Below, piece after piece: positions 20,015-30,078 of a stretch of 64,000 nt of DNA. The stretch's first letter is position 1. Every line of letters begins with the position of its first letter. Source of the stretch: an uncultured virus (IMG/VR IMGVR_UViG_2690315748_000003) (lineage: Duplodnaviria; Heunggongvirae; Uroviricota; Caudoviricetes); the IMG/VR virus record IMGVR_UViG_2690315748_000003, positions 1 to 64,000 of that record; one strand, written 5' to 3'. Below the pieces are notes generated by a model. It was not told where the DNA came from and ran no database searches. It was given only the letters and a program-made list of their open reading frames with translations. The translations under genes and the position numbers were made by a program.

Positions 20015-20500
20015 ATGGTACAGCCGATGATAATGGATCGTGAACAATTTAGAATGCGTTTGAAAGAGGGTAATCGCAAAGACTTGCCTCTTATAAAAAT
20101 AATCGCATTCAAAGCAAAATACGCTAAAATGGAAGAAATGAACTTCAAGACACGGTTCGATAATCTCATGAGCGTACGTCTTAGTAACGCCCTGGCAAAA
20201 GAGTTTCAAGGAAAATCATTTCGAGAATTTGCTAACTATAAACCGTCTTATTATTCAGGTATAAGTAACATGGGCAAGCTGACGTTTGCTGAATTTCTGG
20301 ACGTGCTGTACGACATGGCGGTTCCAATACAGTTAGACTACAAAAGCAGTGATTACTATACTGTTGCTCAGCTATCTAAAATACTGGTGGCTAAAGAAGA
20401 GGAGATAATAAGACAGTTAGAATCAGGCCGTTACAAAGATGCATTCATTAATGAAAAAGGCGAATGGCTGAAGCCGAAGCCGCCTGAAACTGAAATTTAA
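20015..20500 (+). CDS. Hypothetical protein, possible C-terminal HTH
   Basis: YYTVAQLSKILV..IRQLESGRYKDA..GEW. Confidence 0.6.
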   Translation: MVQPMIMDREQFRMRLKEGNRKDLPLIKIIAFKAKYAKMEEMNFKTRFDNLMSVRLSNALAKEFQGKSFREFANYKPSYYSGISNMGKLTFAEFLDVLYDMAVPIQLDYKSSDYYTVAQLSKILVAKEEEIIRQLESGRYKDAFINEKGEWLKPKPPETEI

Positions 20501-20591
20501 CTTAGTAGTCGCCATTAGGCGGCTTCTTTTGTATGTCAGGAAACTTTTCCTTAGCTTCAGATACATTATCAAAAGGGGTGAATAACAAGGC

Positions 20592-21875
20592 ATGGGACGA
20601 AAGAGAGATCCGAAACGGGACGAAGCATTTGATTTATACAAAGCCAGTTCCGGCAACATACGTCTCACAGATATAGCCTCTCAACTTAGTGTATCTGAAG
20701 GTACGGTAAGAGGATGGAAGGCTAAAGATAAGTGGGAGAGTTTGATTGGAGAAGCGAAACATACGGAACGTTCCGATGAAGATGAAACTGATAAAAAAAA
20801 TGAACCTGCAAAGAAAGATGAAGATACAACATCATATCCAGACGATCTTTTTCTAAAAGCTGTCCAAATTGTAGCCGAGGCCAAACAAGCCTCGGTTTCT
20901 TTATTACAGAGAAGAATGAGGATAGGTTATAGCAGAGCGGCCCGACTGATTGATGAAATGGAGCGGCGCAAATTCATTGGTACATATCAAGGTGATAAGC
21001 CGAGGGAAGTATATGCTACTCTGCTTACTGTTGATGCACTATCAAAAGAACTGGGGGAAGCTCCAAAAATACGGAACGCTCCGAAAAAAGTACAGGAACG
21101 CTCCGGTAATATGGAACGTTCCAAAAAAGTACAGAGCGTTCCAGCGATTGTTGAAGAACCTGAACCTGAAATTCCCGATGAGGATGGTTTAACGCCTAAG
21201 CAAAGGATGTTCACTTATGAATACCTTCGAGACTTCAACGCTACCAGGTCAGCGATTGCGGCGGGATACAGTAAGAAAACTGCCTATCAGATTGGTTTCG
21301 CTCTGTTGAAGAAAGTTGAAATACAAAACATCATTCGACAGCATAAGGAAACAATGATCGACGAGGTAGGTTTAAATGCTCAGCGCGTTCTAATGGAGTA
21401 CATGAAGATTGCTTTTGCAGACATAACGGACTACGTAGAATTCGGTCAAAAGGAAGAGGATGTTCTTGGCTTGGAAGGAGACCCCGTGTTTGATCCTGAC
21501 ACTGGAGAAACGAAGAAGTATAGGTACAATTATGTCTCTTTTAAAAACAGTGATGAAATTGATGGAACTCTGGTTTCAGAAGTCAAGCAGGGTAAGGATG
21601 GAGTGAGTGTAAAGCTACACGACAAAACCAAGGCATTGGACGTGCTGACTAAATATATGGATTTGTTGCCAGATAAGCATAAACGAATGGTTGAAGACGA
21701 AAAACTTAAGATGCAGCGTGAGAAACTTGAGCTTGAAAGGGCAAAAGTCACAGGAGAAGGCAATACAGAAGACGATCTAATTGACGATTGGGTAGAGGCG
21801 GTGGTAGGTGATGAAACAGAAGGATTCACCGGAGACGAAACGGAGGCTTCAAGCATTCAAGAAACGAATTCCTGA
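20592..21875 (+). CDS. terS: Terminase small subunit with internal FtsK/SpoIIIE gamma domain
   Basis: N-terminal HTH (VSEGTVRGWKAKDKW); ASVSLLQRRMRIGYSRAARLIDEME; LTPKQRMF..NATRSAIAAGYS. Confidence 0.9.
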   Translation: MGRKRDPKRDEAFDLYKASSGNIRLTDIASQLSVSEGTVRGWKAKDKWESLIGEAKHTERSDEDETDKKNEPAKKDEDTTSYPDDLFLKAVQIVAEAKQASVSLLQRRMRIGYSRAARLIDEMERRKFIGTYQGDKPREVYATLLTVDALSKELGEAPKIRNAPKKVQERSGNMERSKKVQSVPAIVEEPEPEIPDEDGLTPKQRMFTYEYLRDFNATRSAIAAGYSKKTAYQIGFALLKKVEIQNIIRQHKETMIDEVGLNAQRVLMEYMKIAFADITDYVEFGQKEEDVLGLEGDPVFDPDTGETKKYRYNYVSFKNSDEIDGTLVSEVKQGKDGVSVKLHDKTKALDVLTKYMDLLPDKHKRMVEDEKLKMQREKLELERAKVTGEGNTEDDLIDDWVEAVVGDETEGFTGDETEASSIQETNS

Positions 21876-23268
21876 GTATCGCAAGAATCCCATATTGTTC
21901 TGTCAAGAAATGCTTAAGTTCTATCCTGATGATTGGCAGGCAAGCACTCTAATGGATTTAGCTAATAATCCTCGTGTTTCAGTACGTTCAGGTCAAGGCG
22001 TAGGAAAAACAGGATTAGAAGCGGCAACAGCTCTATGGTTCTTGTCGTGTTTCCCATATCCAAAGGTAATTTGTACAGCTCCTACAAGACAGCAGCTACA
22101 TGACGTGTTATGGGCTGAGATAAATAAATGGCAGTCCAAAAGCCCAGTGCTGAAAAGAATCCTTAAATGGACTAAAACCAAAATCTACATGAAGAACTAC
22201 GAGGAACGCTGGTTCGCTACAGCTCGTACAGCTACCAAGCCTGAGAATATGCAAGGCTTTCACGAGGACTACATGCTATTTATTGTGGATGAGGCATCGG
22301 GTGTTGCTGATCCAATCATGGAAGCCATTTTAGGTACTCTGTCGGGTGAGTTCAATAAAATATTGATGTGCGGCAACCCGACAAAAACGTCGGGTGTTTT
22401 TTATGATTCGCACAATAAGGACAGAGCGGATTATAAGACACGCAAGGTTTCATGCTTGGACAGTCCAAGAACAAGCAAGGATAATATCGCTATGCTCAAG
22501 CGTAAGTATGGTGAAGGCAGTGATGTATGGAGAGTCCGGGTTGAAGGTGAATTCCCCCGTGGAGAATCGGATACATTTATTTCGTTGGAAGTGGCTGAAT
22601 TTGCAGCTAAAGAAGTGAAGCTGGACCCCAGCGGAGATACGCTAACCATAGGCGTTGACGTTGCACGATTTGGTGATGATGAAACCTCAATGTTTGCTGG
22701 TATAGGGCCAAGAGTTGTAGGAGAACACCATCATTTCAAGAAAGACACAATGGTTACTGCTGGTTGGGTAATCAGCCTGGCTAAAGAGCTACATAAAGCT
22801 CATCCATATTTAAATCGAATCAGAATAAGAGTAGATGATAGCGGTGTAGGTGGAGGAGTAACGGATCGACTAAATGAAATCGTAGCTGAAGAAGGGCTAC
22901 CATATGAGATCATTCCAATTAACAATGGCTCTTCTTCTTTAGATGAGCACTATGGGAACCTGGTTACTGAAATGTGGGCATCCATAAAGGAACAATTAGA
23001 ACAGAATATGAGCAATTTTATAAATGGAGATGTGAGCGTTCTGCAATTGCCTGATGATGATGTTCTTATAACCCAACTTACAGCACGTAAATGGAACATG
23101 ACCAGTAAAGGGAAAATACTGCTTGAAAGTAAGAAAGATATGAAAAGGCGTGGGCTTAAGTCTCCAGACAGAGCTGACGCTTTTGTTTTGACATTCGGAG
23201 AATATTTAATGGAACCAGATACACATATTATGCTTCCTTCAATAGGTAGTGTTGCAGTAAGAAGGTAA
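21808..23268 (+). CDS. terL: Terminase large subunit
   Basis: SGQGVGKT Walker A, IVDEASG Walker B, GVDVARFGDD, SPDRADA. Confidence 0.95.
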   Translation: MMKQKDSPETKRRLQAFKKRIPEYRKNPILFCQEMLKFYPDDWQASTLMDLANNPRVSVRSGQGVGKTGLEAATALWFLSCFPYPKVICTAPTRQQLHDVLWAEINKWQSKSPVLKRILKWTKTKIYMKNYEERWFATARTATKPENMQGFHEDYMLFIVDEASGVADPIMEAILGTLSGEFNKILMCGNPTKTSGVFYDSHNKDRADYKTRKVSCLDSPRTSKDNIAMLKRKYGEGSDVWRVRVEGEFPRGESDTFISLEVAEFAAKEVKLDPSGDTLTIGVDVARFGDDETSMFAGIGPRVVGEHHHFKKDTMVTAGWVISLAKELHKAHPYLNRIRIRVDDSGVGGGVTDRLNEIVAEEGLPYEIIPINNGSSSLDEHYGNLVTEMWASIKEQLEQNMSNFINGDVSVLQLPDDDVLITQLTARKWNMTSKGKILLESKKDMKRRGLKSPDRADAFVLTFGEYLMEPDTHIMLPSIGSVAVRR

Positions 23269-23607
23269 CTTGCTAAGTAAGGAGATTCAATCAAAGTATC
23301 TGAATAATGAGAGTGAGTTTGATTACAACAGTTGTGGGAAGATATCGAAAGTTCCTTCAGACGAATTAAGCCTTATGTAGTCAAAATTGGCGGCTTTTTT
23401 ATAGCGATTGTATTCCAAAAAAAATAGTGTGACAATTGAGGTTGACATTACCCAACTTCAATTGTAATTATTTGTCGAATTAAAGGTGCTCAAGGCACTT
23501 GTATTAATTTGGGAAATGGAATATGTAAAATGTGATATATAGGCTATGTGAATATAAATCCCAAAATGTTAATATTTAATGGAAATATATAAATAAGGAG
23601 TGAGAGA

Positions 23608-24279
23608 ATGAGTTTTAAAAAAATTTTATCTTTATCAGTTGCATTTGCCTTAACCTTAGGTTTGGCAGGACCCCAAGTATTTGCTGAGAATGATATAAGC
23701 AGTTCTCAGAATAAAAATGATATCGTTGTTGAAAACAATGAATTGAATGTTCAATCGGTAACAACGACGACTTACGGCGAAATTCAGTACATACCTGATA
23801 AGTATTTTCCTAAAAAGCAAACACCTGGGGAAATTCAGCCGATGTTTATACCAGCGGCAGCAGGAATATATTTTATCCCTGGTGTTGGTGAAGTAGCTTT
23901 GGTAGCAACTGGAGCAGTGGTTGTTGGAGGAGTAGCTTATTATGCTGGTTCTGCTGTATATGAAAAAGTTAGAGTTTACTTTGCTGAAAAAGACGCAGCA
24001 GAAAAAGAAGCAGCAGAAGAAAAAAGTTATCAAGATGCTAAACAAAGAGGCGTTCCAGCGGGCACACACTCTGAAAAGTATCCCCCCTTTAACAAGTTGG
24101 GCGTAAATGGAAAGCCTCGTTCTTCAGAAGATTTGTATGATAGTAAAGGCTTGAAACAAAGAAGATATTATGATAAAAATGGTAATGCAGATGAGGATAT
24201 AGATTATGATCATTCGAATGCAGATGGATCACACACCTTTCCACATCGCCACAAATGGGTAAACGGACGAAGAATGTAG
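23608..24279 (+). CDS. Secreted polymorphic-toxin-like protein
   Basis: Signal peptide, Gly/Ala hydrophobic hairpin, C-terminal RRYYD..G..DID..H..PHRHKW. Confidence 0.65.
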   Translation: MSFKKILSLSVAFALTLGLAGPQVFAENDISSSQNKNDIVVENNELNVQSVTTTTYGEIQYIPDKYFPKKQTPGEIQPMFIPAAAGIYFIPGVGEVALVATGAVVVGGVAYYAGSAVYEKVRVYFAEKDAAEKEAAEEKSYQDAKQRGVPAGTHSEKYPPFNKLGVNGKPRSSEDLYDSKGLKQRRYYDKNGNADEDIDYDHSNADGSHTFPHRHKWVNGRRM

Positions 24280-24291
24280 GTGAGATATAAA

Positions 24292-24546
24292 ATGAGCGAG
24301 AATGAAATTACTCATCAAGAAATCACAGAATTTTTTCAACAGCACAGGGAAATAGAGTTTTATTATCGCGATAAGTTGTATGCTTTTCTTTCTTACAATG
24401 GAGGTTTTGTGCTTGTTTGTGAAAATAAAGCGATAACTCCTACTTTCGAAACGTATGAAGAGATGGTAGAGAAAGGTTTGATTGACGGAAAGAAATTTTT
24501 GGAGAGATTCAAAAATAATGAATTAATAATTGCTGCTGTACTTTAA
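24292..24546 (+). CDS. Putative immunity protein
   Basis: Small acidic ORF right after toxin, followed by hairpin terminator. Confidence 0.55.
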   Translation: MSENEITHQEITEFFQQHREIEFYYRDKLYAFLSYNGGFVLVCENKAITPTFETYEEMVEKGLIDGKKFLERFKNNELIIAAVL

Positions 24547-24589
24547 CATTTTAGAGGGTGCCTATTAAGGCGCCCTCTTTTTTAATAGT

Positions 24590-25363
24590 GTGCAGATCTG
24601 TATAATGTCGGTCTACTTTTATTTGCGGAAAATTCCGATATATAACAAAAAAAGGAGGAATACTATCTTGAAGAAATACACAGAATATTCGAGCACAAGG
24701 GAATACTTAAAGGACAAGTTTGAATTAAAGCGGAAATGGCCGAGATTCAAAAAAACAATTACGCTAGAGAAACTTGAATTTATTAAAACAACTTTAAAAA
24801 AAGAACATTCTCTAATTGAACTTGGTACTATAAAATCTGATATTGAAGGCGAGTTTGAACAACACAAATCAGTTGCCTCTATAGCGCCTATGATAGCGAT
24901 AGTAATAACAATTTTGGGGATTATTCTTAGCAATAATAATAATGCTAGAAATAGAATTTCTGATCAGACCAGCAGACTGATAGAAAAGGTCAGAGATGTA
25001 AAATTGGAAACACTACCACATGATCAAAAGTTATCAGAAACTGCAAAATACGCAAAAGACGATTTAGACACTTTATTAACACCATTTTTATTAACATATT
25101 CTTATTCATATATCTTCTACATTTTAGGTTTTACTGTGTTAGTGCTTGCCTATTACTTCTATAGTTCAACTAAAACTATAGCTTCGCTTAATACAATAAT
25201 AGCTCAAAGTTATGAGGAGAAGAAAGCAGAGGAAGAGGAGAATAAAGACCGCCAAGATAAGCAGGAGCAATCAGAAAAGGCACTTAAGGAAAAGGAATTA
25301 AAAGATGCAAGAGCTATTTTTGAAAGGAAAAGAATTAGACGTCCTAATAATCTAAAGAAATAA
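24590..25363 (+). CDS. Membrane protein (2 TM), moron
   Basis: Two hydrophobic segments; AT-rich. Confidence 0.6.
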   Translation: MQICIMSVYFYLRKIPIYNKKRRNTILKKYTEYSSTREYLKDKFELKRKWPRFKKTITLEKLEFIKTTLKKEHSLIELGTIKSDIEGEFEQHKSVASIAPMIAIVITILGIILSNNNNARNRISDQTSRLIEKVRDVKLETLPHDQKLSETAKYAKDDLDTLLTPFLLTYSYSYIFYILGFTVLVLAYYFYSSTKTIASLNTIIAQSYEEKKAEEEENKDRQDKQEQSEKALKEKELKDARAIFERKRIRRPNNLKK

Positions 25364-25632
25364 TGACCGTTATTTGAACGAGAAAAGACTGCTTTATGTC
25401 CTGCCACTGGACTTTTGATGCGGTAAATTTATATCATGGAAAATCAAATGAGGAACGCACCGCAGCTTTCGAGCCATGGTAAATCAGGTCGGCCAATGTG
25501 TTGGTCTTTTTACATGGCCCGCGCAGGCGACAAGGTAACGTTACAGTGGAGATATTAACAGTCTGGTCGGACCCCCTTGGGCGGTTCAATTCCGCAACAA
25601 AAACAAGCCGCTCTCAGGCGGCTTGTAAAAAA

Positions 25633-26472
25633 TTATTTAGATGATTCTCCTTCTGGAATAAGCGGTTCAATAGTGTCAATAAAGTCATCGAACTTATTAA
25701 TAAGCTCTATATGTTGCTGATTATCAAGTTCAATTTGCGCTTTTTGGTCTTCCGAGATCTGGCGCCAAATTCTTATTTCTTCTTGTTGAAGTGTAATCTG
25801 TTCTTGTTGTAATTGAATTTGTTGTTGTTGTATTTTTTTATTTTCAGCGTCTTGGATTCCAGATTGATATTCTTGATAAATAGGAAACACCAACGCTGCC
25901 CAAATATCTAAAGTAAATTGGGCTATACGAGCCCAAGTCCACTTATTTTCTTGAGCATGTGGAGTATCCTGTTGTGGGGTTCTGACCTCTAGAGTCGCTT
26001 CTAGATCCGAATTCCCTTCTTTTGGAAGGGTATCTTCAAGAATTTCGGATAGAGACTCTAATTTTGGATAGAGTGAGTCCGGGATTGAAACTGGATGAAG
26101 AGGGATTGAAGATAATTTATTGAAAGCATGTTGCCACTGTGCGATATTCTTAGAAATCAAATTTATTGCTTCTAGATGTTTGTTAAAATTATTTTGAAAA
26201 ATTGAAGGATCGAACAGCTCCATTGCTCTAGATGCTGCCGTTATACTTGAGGAAAGCCGTTCAATTGAATTTAATGAATTTGTGGCATTAATTCCGGCAT
26301 AATGTTTAGTTATTGCAATTGCTTGTTCTTGAGCTTTTATAAATTGATTTAAACTTTCTGATCTTTCTAATCTTTCAAGCTGCACTTGATATTGTAGAAT
26401 AGGCTGGTACATCTGGTTAATAGATTCCTGAAATCTTCTGATTTTTTCAAAAGAATCATTAAAATTTGCCAA
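25633..26472 (-). CDS. Hypothetical protein with one TM and Gln-rich coil, moron
   Basis: AGGAGG RBS; reverse strand. Confidence 0.65.
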   Translation of the reverse strand: MANFNDSFEKIRRFQESINQMYQPILQYQVQLERLERSESLNQFIKAQEQAIAITKHYAGINATNSLNSIERLSSSITAASRAMELFDPSIFQNNFNKHLEAINLISKNIAQWQHAFNKLSSIPLHPVSIPDSLYPKLESLSEILEDTLPKEGNSDLEATLEVRTPQQDTPHAQENKWTWARIAQFTLDIWAALVFPIYQEYQSGIQDAENKKIQQQQIQLQQEQITLQQEEIRIWRQISEDQKAQIELDNQQHIELINKFDDFIDTIEPLIPEGESSK

Positions 26473-26951
26473 GGTTCATCCTCCTAGTTAATTTCTGTGT
26501 ATCACATGTTTAATACTACACATAACAGCTGATTGTGAAAAGTTATTTATGCCAATTAAATTTGAAGATATGATGTATCCGATGTTTTCCCTATTATAAT
26601 GTTATATTTAAAAAAGAGAGGCATCTGGAGCCTGAAGGGACTTAATTGGTTATTTTTCGGGTTATAAATAAGCGTCTGTGTTACTTTGGTGCTGTAAATA
26701 CATAAGATACAAGTCACTCATTTGGGTGGCTTTTTTATTGCCTTGAAAGGTTTAATGATTTGAAGAAGAAGCAGAGAAAGGAGTTTTGCTCCCGTTGAAA
26801 GGACTACCAATACAGCCGAAGAAATACAAAGGTTGTGTATGGGGGAGATGGGGCGGGGTTAAACAGTTTTGTTTACGCCCATGTGTTAAAGAGGAAAAAC
26901 CTTCCTGAATGTCGAATTTTGGAATTAGACAAAAGCTAGGGAGGAATCTTT

Positions 26952-27155
26952 TTGAATGTTTTTGAAGGAGCAAATGTAGATATGTGGGGTGCTGTAGGAG
27001 GAAACAAGCTATTAATATTTATTTTAGCCTCAGTCTTTTGGTGTGTAGTATGCATTCCCATTAAAAAAATACTTGGAAAAAGATTAACTGGAATCCTAGC
27101 AAGTGTAGGTATTCTGGTTATTTTATATTATTGGGCTAAGCTGTTTCTCAATTAG
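26952..27155 (+). CDS. Small 2-TM membrane protein
   Basis: GGAGG RBS, sigma-H-like promoter 26890-26919, downstream terminator. Confidence 0.6.
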   Translation: MNVFEGANVDMWGAVGGNKLLIFILASVFWCVVCIPIKKILGKRLTGILASVGILVILYYWAKLFLN

Positions 27156-27460
27156 GAGCAACCTTCGGGGGCTCTTTTTTTTATTTTGTAGGATTGAATG
27201 TATGTCTTAAGCTTTACTTCTGTTTATGAACGAAATGCTGTAAGGAGTTCAGGGAAGGCATGTACGCGTTTGTGATCATGTTGACTGGTATATGAATATG
27301 CGTCTTGCTTTTGATATTTATTCAAGAGAAATCCTCTTATGGATTAAAAAGTAGTGACATCATCGATTAATCTTGTAATAATAGGTAAGTGATTCTATAT
27401 ACCTAAAATATTAGGTACATAGTCTTGATTTAACACTACATAAATGAGAGGACAAAAAAG

Positions 27461-29887
27461 ATGAAGAAGTGGGTTAATGTTTTCACGGCCGGAATTTTAG
27501 CGACCTCTGTATGGGCTAGCCCCATATTCGCAGCCGATAGTTCACACCAAGTAACAAAGGAAGAAAGCTCTACTGTATCTCAACCTTATGGGGATATGGC
27601 GAACCATTGGGCAACGGATAGCGTTACAAAATGGAGCTACCGAGGTGTGGTTTCGGGTGTAGAAAACGCTCGTTTTGAGCCGAATCGTCCGATTACGAGA
27701 AGTGAGTGGGCTGCTTTACTAAATCGTGCATTTCAAATTCAGCCAGGACAAGCAGCATCTTTTACCGATGTAAATAAAGATGATTGGTTTGCTCCAACCG
27801 TTACGGATGCAGTTTATGCTGGATATATGAAAGGATTCGAAGATGGTAGCTTTCGTCCTGCGCAAGTATTAAGTAGAGAAGAAGCAGCAGTGACCATAAA
27901 CCAATTACTTAAAATCCCTTCTTCCGATACCAATAAAACCTTTAAAGATAGCGCATCTCTGCACAAATGGTCCCAAAAGGCCGTTAATACTGTAGTGGCA
28001 GCGGGTATTATTGAAGGTTACCAGAATGGTACATTTCAGCCTCAAAAATCATTGACTCGTGCTGAGGCGGTTACGATCCTGGATCGTGCTGTGAATCATT
28101 TTGGTGCTTGGTATGGAGAATCAGGAACATATGGGCCTTCGACTGGACTTGCCAAGCAGGCAGGCAATGTAGTCATCAACACAACGGGGGTAACGCTCCA
28201 GAATACGGAAATCGCAGGAGACTTAATTATTGGTAGAGCTGTTGGGAACGGCGATGTATTTTTGAAAAATGTTAAAGTTCACGGTCAAACTTACGTTTAC
28301 GGGGGCGGAGACCATAGTGTTCATCTGAACAATTCTGTGCTGTTTAGCATCATTGTAAACAAAGTGGATGGAACTGTTCGTTTGGTTGCAGAAGGTGCAA
28401 CGTCCATCAGTGAAATAAAAATCAAGACGGGTGCAGCCCTCGATGTCTCACAAGGAGCAAGTGTTGATCGGGTTACTCTAACAAATGAGCTCCCCGCAAA
28501 ATCCAATGTGAGCCTTACAGGTTATTTTCACACTGTGAATGTAGAAGCATTCGCTATTAATGTAAATATCCCAAATGGACAGATTGATACGTTAAACGTA
28601 GCTGACAACGCTACGAATACAACTATAGATACAGCAAAAGAGTCTTCTATTCTCTCGGTAGTTCTTAATGCTGCTGCCAAAGTAATAGGATTAGGTTCTG
28701 TTGATAAAGCTATAGTTAATGCTGAAAATGTTTCTTTTCAAACAAAACCTAAATCTGTGACAAATGGCGACAAGGTAGGTAGTAATGTTAAAGTCACAAT
28801 AGGGAATTCATCAAATACTTTGGGTTCACAAGGGACAACAACATCAGGTGGCGGTGGGGGTTCTTCTAGTAACTCTAATGAATCCGATAATTCCAAAAAA
28901 GATGATCATAAAAAAAGTGACGACAAGAAAGATGATACACCTCAAGTACCGGAGCATAATGGGGACGCTAACATTTCTGTTCCTAAAAAAATAGTGACGG
29001 TCGGAGAGTCCGTTTATTTTACTAGCTCTTATGATGGCACTGCTTACTTTTCAAGTGATTTCATAGATTACCGTAATCTGCAATCCCTTGAGTTGGGTAT
29101 CAAAAGCGGCGAAGTGTTGAAAATTGAGGTTCCGGCGAATAAAACCGTCAGTTTCGCGACATATGATATTAATCATTGGAATTTTCCCAATAACTATGAA
29201 TTTGATCTGACGGTTTATGACAAAAATAGTAACTTTCATAGCAAGGAAGTAACGGTTTTGGATGAGAATGAGCCTTTGGATCAGTCACCGATATTTGTGC
29301 AATATCCTGAAAGAAAGGATAGACTTGATCAATTCTCTGTTGATTATAATCGTTTATTGCATCTTGCAGATGGGAAGACAACGGAAGATATAGTTCAGTG
29401 GTCTGTTGGCGATGGTTCTTTTACGCCCTTCACAAAGGAAGATGGGGCCGTAAGAGTTGAGGACAATAAAGTCTTTATATTGCCTAAACATTTGGAGGAT
29501 CGGTTGGTTTATAAATTCCGTTTAATCACAGACTCCGTGGTTACATCAAATGGTGAATTCAATAAAGAATTTCAGACCTGGGGAGATAGAAAAACGGTCA
29601 GAATTACAATGATTCAATCTACCGGGGATATATTAAAGGTTAAAAAAGGAGGCGACATTACATTCTCTCTTTCAGATGTTTCAGAAGTGTATCTGCTAAA
29701 TACATTTGTTTGGGGAGGCCAAGGTAACTACGACGATTTGGTCGCAGAAAACTGGGGTAAAAAGATAATTGTTACGGATGATGAAGTAAATAAACCAGTT
29801 ACTATTTCTACAGGCGCGTTGCCGCCCGGGAAGTATAAACTTGATGTTTGGGATGGACAATACTTGGATCTGGAAATTGTAGAGTAA
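27461..29887 (+). CDS. S-layer homology (SLH) cell-surface protein
   Basis: Signal peptide; three SLH repeats (FEPNRPITRSE, FRPAQVLSREE, FQPQKSLTRAE). Confidence 0.9.
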   Translation: MKKWVNVFTAGILATSVWASPIFAADSSHQVTKEESSTVSQPYGDMANHWATDSVTKWSYRGVVSGVENARFEPNRPITRSEWAALLNRAFQIQPGQAASFTDVNKDDWFAPTVTDAVYAGYMKGFEDGSFRPAQVLSREEAAVTINQLLKIPSSDTNKTFKDSASLHKWSQKAVNTVVAAGIIEGYQNGTFQPQKSLTRAEAVTILDRAVNHFGAWYGESGTYGPSTGLAKQAGNVVINTTGVTLQNTEIAGDLIIGRAVGNGDVFLKNVKVHGQTYVYGGGDHSVHLNNSVLFSIIVNKVDGTVRLVAEGATSISEIKIKTGAALDVSQGASVDRVTLTNELPAKSNVSLTGYFHTVNVEAFAINVNIPNGQIDTLNVADNATNTTIDTAKESSILSVVLNAAAKVIGLGSVDKAIVNAENVSFQTKPKSVTNGDKVGSNVKVTIGNSSNTLGSQGTTTSGGGGGSSSNSNESDNSKKDDHKKSDDKKDDTPQVPEHNGDANISVPKKIVTVGESVYFTSSYDGTAYFSSDFIDYRNLQSLELGIKSGEVLKIEVPANKTVSFATYDINHWNFPNNYEFDLTVYDKNSNFHSKEVTVLDENEPLDQSPIFVQYPERKDRLDQFSVDYNRLLHLADGKTTEDIVQWSVGDGSFTPFTKEDGAVRVEDNKVFILPKHLEDRLVYKFRLITDSVVTSNGEFNKEFQTWGDRKTVRITMIQSTGDILKVKKGGDITFSLSDVSEVYLLNTFVWGGQGNYDDLVAENWGKKIIVTDDEVNKPVTISTGALPPGKYKLDVWDGQYLDLEIVE

Positions 29888-30021
29888 AACGTAATGCCGT
29901 AGGTACGTGGACTAAGCATTACGATATTATAAGTGGTCAGGAAACTTTTCCTGACCACTTTTTTGTTCCAATATTCCGCCTTAAAAGAAGATATATGTAA
30001 GCATAATGCCTATCCTCTCGA

Positions 30022-30059
30022 AAATCAGTAGTAAATCCGAATAAAACTGATGTTATCCT
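30022..30059 (+). promoter_or_regulatory. Putative late promoter 2 (portal)
   Basis: AATCAGTAGTA with TGnTATCCT. Confidence 0.65.
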
Positions 30060-30078
30060 TTATTCATAGAAGTTTGCA

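Noticed and set aside
25535..25547. GTAACGTTACAGT identical to origin repeat 7264-7276
   Set aside because: Single 13-mer match, partly palindromic; chance cannot be excluded
25560..25600. GCGG-TTCAATT-CCGC T-arm-like hairpin as a tRNA gene
   Set aside because: No acceptor stem, D-arm or anticodon arm could be built
26891..26908. GAGGAAAAACCTTCCTGA as another copy of the 18-bp palindrome
   Set aside because: Spacer one base too long; better explained as a sigma-H promoter
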